The notes under the pieces are model-generated. The model was given only the letters and a program-made list of their open reading frames with translations. It had not been told where the DNA came from and did not search any database. From Basidiobolus meristosporus CBS 931.73 (Eukaryota > Fungi > Basidiobolomycota): DNA of 64,000 nucleotides. Positions 37,881 to 48,664 of this stretch are shown here, piece by piece (position 1 is the first letter of the stretch; each line of letters opens with the position of its first letter). The position numbers and the translations under genes are program-made. The stretch covers positions 1-64,000 of the forward strand of contig MCFE01000163.1 in assembly GCA_002104905.1 (NCBI GenBank). The letters run 5' to 3'.

Positions 37881-38229
37881 TGTTGTAAGAGTCTTGAAGA
37901 TATTGGAAGTGATTTGGGAGGACAAGTAGATTATGTGGTTTTCACTTAATGATTTATTGAATGTAAAAGTAGTATTTATACTTTAACATGGTCTTTGCAT
38001 AACAAACACATTAGGTAGGTTTAGGAAGGTCTCAAGATCATGTGTGCAAGGTTTGGTGCTGTTTGAACAACCATGAGAATTTTCATGCTGCAGATACCTG
38101 ATATTTTGGTGAAAATATTCTAAGTAAATCCCAACAATGATTTTTGTCAATATTCTCTGAGATTTAAGGTAATGATCTAAGTGACTAATTTAGGAGAATA
38201 TTTAGGTGGAATTACAGACTTTTACAACA
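37881..38229 (-). mobile_element. Solo copia LTR (family A), 349 bp, 5-bp TSD GGTGT
   Basis: TGTTGTAA...TTACAACA termini, GGTGT at 37876-37880 and 38230-38234, and homologous to the LTRs flanking the copia coding regions. Confidence 0.92.
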
Positions 38230-40066
38230 GGTGTTAGGTATAGGGACTTGTATAGATTAGTGTAATTGGCCATTGAGTTACAACTGAAGTTTCAATGGAA
38301 ATAAACCAATTTGTATGCATGAAAAGTACAAGCATTGGTTGAGTCAGGAAGCAAGGAGTGTGGAAAAGTGGCAATAGCCAAGCAATGTGCACAAATGTAG
38401 AAGGTGATCAAGTGTTCAGGATCAGATAGTGAGAGAACTGGCAGAGAACCAGTTCAAAGTCACTTATATATTGTTGTGATGAAACATTTTGACCAAGTTT
38501 TTTGTGAAATCTGAAGTGAAATTTCTTAAAAGTCTTTGCACAGTTTCCTGATGAGATCAATACCTCTGAGTCACAAGATTTCAATCTTGTGACAGCCTTT
38601 TGACAGGATCATCACAAATATTTTTCATAGGGAGTAGAGGGCCTCATTGCCCTATAGAGTCTTGACACTGTTCTTTTCATAAGGTTGGAAGATTGCACAG
38701 GCAAAGAGCTTATAATTTGGCCCCAAAGCTGCATATGCAGAGTGTAAGGAATCATGATAATATAATGGGATTTCTAACCACCTTGAAAGGGCACTTTAAT
38801 GATATTGGAAAGTAGCAATGGGGCTGATGTACAGTGGTCAAATAGATTCAAGAACCTACTGTACTTGCACTTACAGACATCCCCTACTGATATTTTGGTT
38901 TCACAAGTATCATGTCAGCCAGCAGCTACTTAAAGAGTGGTAATGAGTTCTCCTAGCTATTGTATATTATAAATTTGACACATGTATACCTGTCTGCATG
39001 ACATACCATAGCTCATTGTATATTTTGCTTCTCAAAGCTCTACCGGAAGTGTTTGTGACAGACACCATTTGTTGAAACAGATTTGTAATGCAAATTCTGC
39101 AAAAGCACCCATCATTTTTACTTACCTCAGTTTCTATCTACTTCCATATCTATTGTGAAAGTGGTGCACTAGTATCAAGTCACAAAAGTCTCTTTTCATG
39201 TGCCCACTCATAGGTGAAAAGCTAACCAGTACCTTTCCTAACATCAGCATTCAATAATTCAAGAATCAATGCATGATTAAAAAAGGATCCAATAAACATG
39301 CAGCAATAATGGAAAAGGGTCTTGGGAAGCTTAGGGCGGGCGGAATGTTGTTAGCTCCATCATCAATTATACATAGGCAGACCTGCTTGATGATAAAATA
39401 CCATAGTTTACATGCCTACCTGCTGTTCTAAGTTTGAATCGTAACAGTGAACCAACGACCCACGTCCACTCAGATTGCTATATGGTGGATCCTGAAAACA
39501 ATCCTATGGCTTATACCTAGCTAAACCCGATGGTAGCATCTCAAACTTGGATACTTTAATGCAGACTACTTTTTATACACCGAGAACGTCTAACGAAGCA
39601 CATATCAGATCTTGGTCACTCGCTCTAACCAGAGCATCAATATGTTACCCAATAGGAGGTTGTGCTATTGCACTTACATTGTTCAGGTCATAAAAGCCCC
39701 GTGCCATCCTGCTAACCTGATTCATTAAGCTATGGAAGACATTTCCATGGAATCAAATGCTTGAGTTATGAAAAGCATTGTACTATTTGCCTCCAGTTTC
39801 CTGACCTCGGTGCTACGATCAATGCCTTAAATTCAGAGTCAAACCGCTACCTTGGCAACTCAGTTGACGGCTCTCAGCCAAGCCCTGGCCAACCATCGTA
39901 AAGACCATAGCTAATCGACCTGTCTCTGCTACGTAGTCGGTGGTCATATTTACTTTAATATGTTACTTGCTGTCCTTTATGAGGTAAATGATTATAGGTA
40001 TTTATAGTACTACACAGTTTTTTAGCAAAAGCAGATAAATAATTATCGAATCCTGAGTAAAATCGA

Positions 40067-41347
40067 TCATTTAGTTTTGAGATTCCAGTGCGGGCCATGG
40101 AAACATATAGGCTTATGGGCTAGCTTCATATCCAGCTCACCCATCATGCTATATTGTCCTGACAGCAGTCGCTTGAGCTTCAGAGCAATTAGTGAGTCAA
40201 TCCAAGAATCGTCGTATATTTTTCGACAAATGGCTAGATATTCGTAAGGGATGTTAGAGAAGGGAACTTTGTTGACCTCTCTGTTGTGGAACTCAATAGT
40301 GGCTACTCGAAGCACTAGAAGATCATATGAGTGAAGAGTGCCCAATCTCTCTCTAACAATCGCTTTCTTTACATCGACCAAGGAAGGTAGCCGCATACCA
40401 TACTCCCCTGTATCCTCTTTAAATAGTAGGTGACCCTTAGTATATAGTTTTAGTTTTTTAGAGAGGATAGCCTTTTTCAATTCTGATGGATCGATTAAAG
40501 CTTTGTCGACAGCAAGAACAGGCGGCCGGACAATGACGTTGTTCTTTAAAGTCTTTCGGCAATGAAGCAGATCCAAAGTTCTATTTCTTGGGTAGGGAAC
40601 CAACAGCCATTTCTCTCTGAAAAGGCTCTCAACGGCATAGGTAATCGAGCTCTTCAATCCTATCATCGCCTTTTCGCTCAGCAGTAGCGGTTTCTTCTTC
40701 AACCGCTTTATAGTGACCTTACACAGGTAGCGAATGAAGGTGTTTTTGGCGGCTATCGACTTGAGATATTTCAGTGGCTCAATTAGTTCATTGGTGCTAG
40801 TTGAGCCTGGGGGCAAACTTTTCAAAATGGCATGCACTAGGGGTGCCAAATCATCGATCGTATCTTTTATCCCCAGGGCGACGTTCAAGTGCTGTTCGAC
40901 ACACAAGACCTCATAGCCGTACTCAGGAAACTGCTCGGTGGTAGCAAAGGTTAAGTGCAAGCAATCGGCCATAAGTGGTAAGACGCAGAAAAGATTTGCT
41001 GCTAGAAAGGTGGCATTGTAGGCCGAGTCTACGTTTAGGCCGAACTCCTTGAAGTCTTGAAGAGGATCCAACCCAACTAACATCAGTCGAGTGATAGCGT
41101 TTTGAAACGCTATATTGGCGCTTCTGTCAGCAAGCTTGTCAATTCCTGGTGGTGAATACCTAGCCAAGGTCTGTGCGTCGAGCTGGCCAGTCGGTTTCGA
41201 TTCCTCAATGAACCGATTTTCGTTGAGCAGATCATCAAGAAGCTGTTGAAAAGAGGATTCCCCAGGTCTGATGGTAATTGGGATCTTCTTCCAATCGAAG
41301 TGGATTGAGTCTAGGGTTGCTTTGTTTTCATAATTTGATTGAGCCAT
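40067..41347 (-). CDS. Intact intronless orphan ORF, 426 aa, no recognisable domain
   Basis: Uninterrupted 1.28-kb frame (ATG 41347), TATATA about 25-30 nt upstream, and CpG retained although the flanks are repeats. Confidence 0.7.
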   Translation of the reverse strand: MAQSNYENKATLDSIHFDWKKIPITIRPGESSFQQLLDDLLNENRFIEESKPTGQLDAQTLARYSPPGIDKLADRSANIAFQNAITRLMLVGLDPLQDFKEFGLNVDSAYNATFLAANLFCVLPLMADCLHLTFATTEQFPEYGYEVLCVEQHLNVALGIKDTIDDLAPLVHAILKSLPPGSTSTNELIEPLKYLKSIAAKNTFIRYLCKVTIKRLKKKPLLLSEKAMIGLKSSITYAVESLFREKWLLVPYPRNRTLDLLHCRKTLKNNVIVRPPVLAVDKALIDPSELKKAILSKKLKLYTKGHLLFKEDTGEYGMRLPSLVDVKKAIVRERLGTLHSYDLLVLRVATIEFHNREVNKVPFSNIPYEYLAICRKIYDDSWIDSLIALKLKRLLSGQYSMMGELDMKLAHKPICFHGPHWNLKTK

Positions 41348-41954
41348 ATGGTTGATCAAGCAGGACGCTCCTATATATACTGATTACTGCTCTGATACCA
41401 AAGTTGCTACACCATTTTATGTGGCATAATAATATCATTAATCTAGCCATGTTTGGTAACTTGGAATCTTGGCACGATCAAGATGTTATATGAACTATTG
41501 AAAGTTACCTTAATCTACGCATATATAGCATTGGCAGTTTAAGATGTCTCATCCAAAGGTATCATCGTTGTTTCTAACCATGTGTTTTGCCGCATTCGAT
41601 TATACATCAATCTTAACTTAGCTTGCCATGGTTTAAAAGCGTAATCAATGATAGCGCCACGCAGCCAATAAAATTATTTGGGACGCCTGCTCCTGGTGAT
41701 TCTGCCAGATAAATCAAATAATGGTCAGGAGATAGTGAATGCTGTGGATCTTATTAATATTTGCATTGTATAAATATATTTACCACAAAATCCTTGTTTC
41801 TATAGCTGATAGCACTAGACCATTGCTCTTCCCAATATTGACAATAAGCCTGCTCAACTTATGAATCAAGCGAATGTTTAGACTTTCAAAAGTAACGGAG
41901 TATATCAAAGTGTCTCTAATGTGTAACGACCACACCACCGAAGCTAAAGAAGCC

Positions 41955-42525
41955 CCTGAAGGCAGGGATGATCCATGCTGGATTGGATATTTCTAGTATT
42001 GTGGTAGATGATGACACGGCCAAACACCACGAGGGGTACGCTGGTGAGGTGGTTGAAAATGGGCAAGATCTCAAAGTCAACAGTTCCCCGATCAAGTACA
42101 GGAAAGGTACGCTGACCTGCTACATCAACCGTCTACTGTCCAATCCCTGCGACGAGAGGATGATCAAGTACCTTGACTGGGTGGCCCAGATTCATACCGA
42201 TATCATGGGAAAGAAGTCCAAGATCAACGCGGGGTACATCCACATCTCTGCGCTCATGGGCTTCATCGAGAATACTCTGATATCACTGGTTGGCTCACCT
42301 CAGCTTGAGCGGTAGCACGCGCTACAAGTGATTCTGGCCTTCAACAAGGTTCTTTAGCTTTGAAATGACTTCTTTGCCAAATACTACACCGTGGATGGCT
42401 CAGATGTACCAGCCTCGTTTGGGTTGCATGCTTAACCAGCACCCGTTCCCCGATTTAACCACAACAGTGCTTTGGTTGGTGGAGTCGTAGCTGCCGTGGG
42501 GTTATTTCTAGCCCAAAGCATCTGA
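41955..42525 (+). pseudogene. Fungal protoglobin-domain pseudogene (5'-truncated, four in-frame stops)
   Basis: IKYRKGTLTCYINRLL, MIKYLDWVAQIHT, HISALMGFIENTL, ILAFNKVL*L*NDFFAKYY, and a C-terminal TM-like ALVGGVVAAVGLFLA. Stops at 42313, 42355, 42361 and 42433, all in one frame. Confidence 0.72.
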
Positions 42526-43368
42526 AAGCATCATATAGACGTTGTGTATATCCTCTAATAAATCAGCTGAAGGTTCATTTCTCACAAACACCTGCCTACT
42601 TGTTACTACTTAATGCTCAGTGTGTAGCAGTTCTGAAGGGTGTTTTTCTGCTGATGTACAAGACTGTGTACTCCAACAATAATGGCGGGGTATTAATAGA
42701 AGTAGGCAGCAGCATGTGGGCTTTACCAAGAATGTGGTAATGCATCTAGTGTTATTGATAATTTCGTGAACTGTCACCCAGACACCGATTCAATTTGCCA
42801 TTCATGCCCAAGCTTATATCACTTTCTGCGGGTAAGTGCTACTAAAATAGTTAATATGTACACTGACCCTCTTGTGATCCTAGTTCCTCTGCCATATGCA
42901 CTATCTTGTGACAAAGCTCATGCACAACTTTCCATCAGAATCAGGGAAGACATCGCAAATTCATTTTTGAATATAGATTGGCCTTGGAAATTGAAAATAG
43001 GCAAAACTGTATGATGTACCTAATTGGGAATACTGCGCTTTATTATCGTGGAAGGCAAAAAAGGAGTATCATTTGTAAGATAACCCAAGATTTTTATGGT
43101 TCTCTGGTTTCCACAAATTTAGGGTAGTGTCAAGTAATGAAGAGTACCCAAGGTATGGTAAAAGGTATAGTCAATATATTTAAGAAAAAAACTAGAATGC
43201 AGGCAACAAGCAAAACATGTGAGGCTTGAAACAATCTGATTAATTGGATTACATATAAAAGTATGCAGATAGTAAGGGCAGTTGGCCATTTTGAAACCTT
43301 ATTTCAAAATGCCATCAAGCAAAAGCCTAGAAATTGCGCTCTAATCTAGCGGCCATAACCAAAACAAT

Positions 43369-45308
43369 AGACTTGTTCTGTTGGATAGCGCCACACTGTG
43401 CCATGAGTACTAAACAGTGCCATAGGATGCCATAGAGGCAATTTTTCATGCAAAGCAGACCCTGTGTTTCACCCACTGTGCTGGAGAAAATCTAATATTT
43501 GACTTTGTTTTTGGGACCCGTATTGTGCATGATGTGTCAAAGTGCAGAAGGACTAAAGAAATACATTTGGTACTCAATACCCATGATACTCTGAATCTAG
43601 CAGCAGAGTCTTGTAGCATGTCACAAAAATGTATGGCACTCTCTTGGTCCACTAGTACTATTTGGCACTATATTTAAATATAGGCCTTAAACTAAAACAT
43701 TTATAAGGCACTTGTAGTGACAGATAGTACCAGTGGACCACAATAGTGCCATGCATTTCTGTGGCATGTTATAAACCTCTGGAGCAAGATTCAGAGTGCC
43801 ATGGGTATTGAGTACCAAGTGCATGTCTTCAGTCCTTTGGTGTTTGTCCATGTCAGGCACAAAGCCAATCCCAAAAAAAAGGTCAAAAAATGGATTTTCT
43901 CCACCACAGTAGGTGAAATACAGGGGTTGCTTTTCATGAAAATGAGAGCTATGTTTCACACTCTGTAGCCAAGTACAGGTCTACTTTGCCTCTATGGCAT
44001 GTTATTGCAGTACTTGGTGTTGTAAGAGTCTTGGAGATATTGGAAGTGAATGGGAGAACAAGTAGATTATGTGGTTTTCACTTAATAATTCATTGAGTGT
44101 AAAAGTAGTATTTATACTTTTACATGGTCTTGATATAACAAACACGTAGAATAGATTAAGGAAGGTCTCCAGAGCATGTGTGCAAAGTTTGGGGCTGTTT
44201 GGACAACTTTGAGAATTTTCATGTTCTGGGTACCTGGTATTTTGGTGAAAATATTCTAAGTAAATCCCAACAAGGAATTTGGTCAGTATTCTCTAGGATA
44301 TGAAGGTAATGATCTAAGTGGCTAAGTTAGGTGAATATTTAGGTGGGATTACAAACTTTTACAACACTCCCACTCAGCTAAATGTTCATACTGACTAGTC
44401 CTAATTTTGACCTAAGATATTCAGACTTGTCTCTAGCTAATGGTTTGGTAAATATGTCTGCAATCATTTCATCTGTAGGACAGGAAACTAAGCTAACTAA
44501 GTTATTCTCTATAGCTTCACATATGAAATGATGTCTTATATCTATGTGCTTGGTTCTAGCATGAAAAGTTGGATTTCTACCTAATTGTATACATACTTGA
44601 TTATCTTGAATTAAAGTAATAGGCATTTTTTGACATAGGCCTATACCTGTAAAAAGCTTTCTTAACCACATTAATTCTTTTGTAGCTTCACAGGCTGCCA
44701 TATACTCTGCTTCTATGGTAGAAAGTGCTATGGTTGGTTGCTTTCTTGAATTCCATGAAATTGCTCCTTGACAGTAAAGAATGGTGTATCCAGTGGTGGA
44801 TCTTTTGTCTTCTGAATTTTGTCCCTAATCAGCATCAGAGTATCCCACAAGAGCCTGTTCTGAGTCCTTATAAGTGTATCTTAAGCAGATATCAGCAGTT
44901 CCTTTTAGATATCTCAAAATCCGCTTAACTGCTGCAATATGATCATATCCATAGTTCTGATTACATTGGCTGACAACTGCCACTGAATATGAGATATCTG
45001 GATGTGCTCCAAGCATGATATACATCAGCCTGCCAACCATAGATTGATAAGGAAAGTCTGGGCTTTCAGATTGCACCAAGCTCTCTTGATTTGGTTGAGT
45101 TTTGAACAAGTTAAGGTTTGTCTCCATTGGGGTAGCTGCTGGCTTACAGTCTTCCATTTGGTACTTCTTTAGTATATCTTGAATATACTATGAATATGAA
45201 GGAAATGATCTAAGTGACTAAGTTAGGTGAATATTTAGATGGAAGTACCAATTTTTACAATACTTGGCAATCATGGCTCAATGTGGCACTATCCAACAAA
45301 ACAAGTCT
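43369..45308. mobile_element. Palindromic non-autonomous DNA transposon (foldback/MITE), copy 1, split by a copia insertion; TSD AAT
   Basis: Termini AGACTTGTTCTGTTGGATAG and CTATCCAACAAAACAAGTCT; AAT at 43366-43368 and 45309-45311; long internal inverted arms. Confidence 0.85.
44018..45262 (-). mobile_element. Internally deleted Ty1/copia element (3' LTR, PPT, RNase H, RT C-terminus, partial 5' LTR), TSD CTTGG
   Basis: LTR 44018-44366 with adjacent PPT; RNase H ARTKHIDIRHHF; RT YQSMVGRLMY; LTR remnant ~45190-45262; CTTGG at 44013-44017 and 45263-45267. Confidence 0.9.
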
Positions 45309-45775
45309 AATGACTTTAATAAAGGAAGCTTTGTGTCCAATTACCAATATTACTCTACTAAAGGTGCAGGGCAATTTAAGCTGAAACCACACATACCAGT
45401 TTTGACTTTGTATTGAATATTTGAATTTCTCAGATCAGCAGTTGACACTATCCAGATAATCCTGGGTTGATAATTATGATTAAGTATTGATCCCCATTTA
45501 CATCACTAAGAAAACTATACACTATATATGAAATAACAGGTATATGTTTCCTACTGAAAATTAGTGCTTCCTTAGTAAGGCTAATATAATTAAACCCACC
45601 AACTTATGTTAGTATTATGTGATGTTATGATAGGGTAAATATTGGAATTTGTCTATAAAGCAGCTTACTGGCTACATGAATGATAGCAGATTCACTCATC
45701 AAAATATATATGGTATGGTTGGAACATCTACTTGTTTTGGTCACAAGCTGAACACTTGTTACTTCAATTGGATTA

Positions 45776-45836
45776 GACTGCTTAGCATGTCAGTCTTGCA
45801 AGCTGAAGGTTGCCAGTTCAAGCCTGGAAGTAGGCA
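45776..45836 (+). pseudogene. Degenerate tRNA-like sequence (Thr/Ala type) lacking the D-arm; tRNA pseudogene or SINE head
   Basis: Anticodon arm TCAGT-CTTGCAA-GCTGA, variable loop AGGTT, T-arm GCCAG-TTCAAGC-CTGGA, 3' acceptor strand AGTAGGCA. Confidence 0.45.
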
Positions 45837-47937
45837 CAACTTTATATTCTACAACACATAGGATGAATGATATGGTATTATTTTGCTTACAAGGGATGGA
45901 GTTCCAGTGGTGGATACTGGAGTTCATTTCCCGAAGCAGTGGCAGTCAGTGATAAACTTCAGGGGAACTTGCAGATTGCAAAATTTCATAGATCAGGTAT
46001 GACTTGCAATAGGGTGTTTATCCTAAGGTCACAAGAGCTCTAAAATAGTTATATATCACTACATGAAAATGGCTTCCTAGATAATGAATCTTTCTTGAGC
46101 CTGAACCACTAAGAAGACTCAAAAAAGGTCATGAGGGACCTGTGTTCTCTTCACCATGCCCTTTGCCTCTGAACTAATACTAATCTGGCAGTAGTGATGT
46201 GGTGCAAGTAGTAGTGATAGGTTCCTTGAGACCCATGCACTTCATGTGCTTACCAGTTGGTTATTTCAACAGACAGACAGTCAGGTTTGTTTGCATGTTC
46301 CAACAGCTTGTTACATTTATTAAAAAGTCACCAGAAAGTATACAAAGTACATTACACTAATTAGGTATAACTCAAGAATTAACACTGGATTCATTCTTGC
46401 AATATTTGTGGGGTGAACAAACTTAGGGATGTGCTCAGCAGTAGGAGGATTCACCAGATTTGCGTACTCTGTTCTGATATATTACCCCTAAGATAGCTTG
46501 TTACCTTCATGAACTATCATGTAACAGCCTTCATGATTTGACTAGCTAGATTGTGCAGTTGGTCAGGTAGTCATAATGAGCATGGCTGCAATCTACTGCT
46601 GCAGCATAAAGCATTCTGGAAGCAATAGTTTAGCAGAAACAAAGTGCTACCTTAAGCCTTATTGACTTGCATTTGTAAGAAATTTTTGGAAAGCCAAAGT
46701 CCTGACTAAACTTTGGTAAGAGACTTGGAGATATTGGAAGTAATTGGGAGAACAAGTAGATTATGTGGTTTTCACTTAATAATTTATTGAGTGTAAAAGT
46801 AGTATTTATACTTTTACATGATCTTGACATAGCAAACATGTAGAATAGGTTAAAGAAGATCCTAAGAACATGTATGTAAAGTGTGGGGCTGCTTCAACAA
46901 CTTTGAGAATTTTCATGTTCTGGGTACCTGGTATTTTGGTGAAAATATTCTAAGCAAATCCTAACAAGGCATTTGGTCAGTATTTTCTAGGATATGAAGG
47001 TAATAATCTAAGTGGCTAAGTTAGGTGAATATTTAGGTGGGATTACAAACTTTTCCAACACTCCCACCCAGCTAAATGCTCATACTGACTATTCCTAATT
47101 TTGATCTAAGATATTCAAACTTGTCTCCAGCTAATAGTTTTGTAAAAATGTCTACAATCATTTCATCTGAAGGACAGTAAGCTAAGCTAACTAAGTTATT
47201 CTCTATAGCTTCACATATGAAATGATGTCTAATATCTATGTGCTTGGTTCTAGCATGAAAAGTTGGATTTCTACCTAATTGTATACATACTTGATTATCT
47301 TGAAATAAAGTTATAGGTGCTTCTTGACATAGGCCTAAATCTGTAAAAAGCTTTCTTAACCACATTGCTTCTTTGGTAGCTTCACTGGCTGCCATATACT
47401 CTGCCTCAGTGGTAGAAAGTGCTACAGCTGGTTGCTTTCTTGAATTCCATGAAACTACACCTTTGCAGTAAAGAAAGGTGTATCCCGTGGTGGATCTTCT
47501 GTCTTTCAAATTTTGTTCCTAATCAGCATCAGAGCATCCCACAAGATCCTGTTCTGCATCCTTATAAGTGTATTTTAAGCAGATATCAGCAGTTCCTTTT
47601 AGGTATATAAAAATTTGCTCAACTGCTGCAATATGATCAGATCCATAGTTCTGATTACATGCTGGCTGACAGCTGCCTACTGAATATGAGATATCTGGAT
47701 GTGTTCCAAGCATGATATACATCAGACTGCCAACCATAGATTGATAAGGAAAGTCAGGGCTTTCAGATTGCACTAAGCACTCTTGACTTGGTTGAGTTGT
47801 GAACAAGTTAAGGTTTGTCTCCATTGGAGTAGCTGCAAGTTTACAGTCTTCCATTTGATACTTCTTTAGTATATCTTGAATATACTTGGATTGGCTTAGG
47901 GTGATAGTCTGGGTACTTCTGTTTCTGGAGAACTTTA

Positions 47938-48341
47938 GACTGTCATGTGCATGATCATAGTGCAGAGTGCTGTATGTATTGGGTATATGCAGTAATTGAT
48001 ATGGACTGTATGACATAGACTGTGAGATGATACTAGATGGATTTACATGTTATTCACTTGTAGATTTATTCATCAAAAGTATAGTATTTATACTTTTGAT
48101 AGAGTAGAGCAAACAAACTTGTAGAGTTTGCTAAGGAAGGTCCCAAGAATATGTATGCATAGTTTGGGGGCTTTTGGACAACTTTGAGAAAGATCATAAT
48201 CTGGGTACCTGATAATATGGTGAAAATATTCCAAGTAAATCCCAACAAGAAATTTGGTCAGGACAGAATGCTAATCAAAGACTAAGATATATGTGACTAA
48301 GTTAGCATGAATATTCTGGTGACAACCTAACAATTACAACA
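47938..48341 (-). mobile_element. Diverged solo LTR (family A-related) inserted into the copia RT
   Basis: Partial homology to family A LTR; RT reading (GELHYYLG|..SRNRSTQ) resumes on either side; near-TSD CTTTA/CTTTG. Confidence 0.65.
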
Positions 48342-48664
48342 CTTTGTCCCTAAGTAGTAATGAGTTCTCCTAGATCATACATCTTGAACTCTTTAGATAG
48401 GCTGGATTTAATCTCTTCCAATGTTGCTAGGTTATTGGCAGCTATAATAAGATCATTTACATATAGAGCTAGTAAAATCAGATTTGCTCTATCTGGCTTA
48501 TAGTATATACTACAATAAGTATTACTCCTTTGAAACTCAAAGATTCCAAATAAGAATCAATCTTGCAATTCTAGGCACTTGGTCATTGTTTGAGACCCTA
48601 TGGAGATGTTTTAAGCTTGCAAACCAAATGGGGGTTATCTTAATGAGCATACCCATCAGGCTGC

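Noticed and set aside
40067-41347. Superficial resemblance of the orphan ORF to a rhabdovirus nucleoprotein (size, KIPITI, DFKEFGLNV)
   Set aside because: Motif spacing does not fit and the conserved SPYS-type motif is absent; not supportable without profile searches.
42700-43250. A good GT-AG intron with a branch site (GTAAGT...CTGAC...CCTAG), hinting at a gene remnant
   Set aside because: Every joined frame has stops and none resembles a known family.
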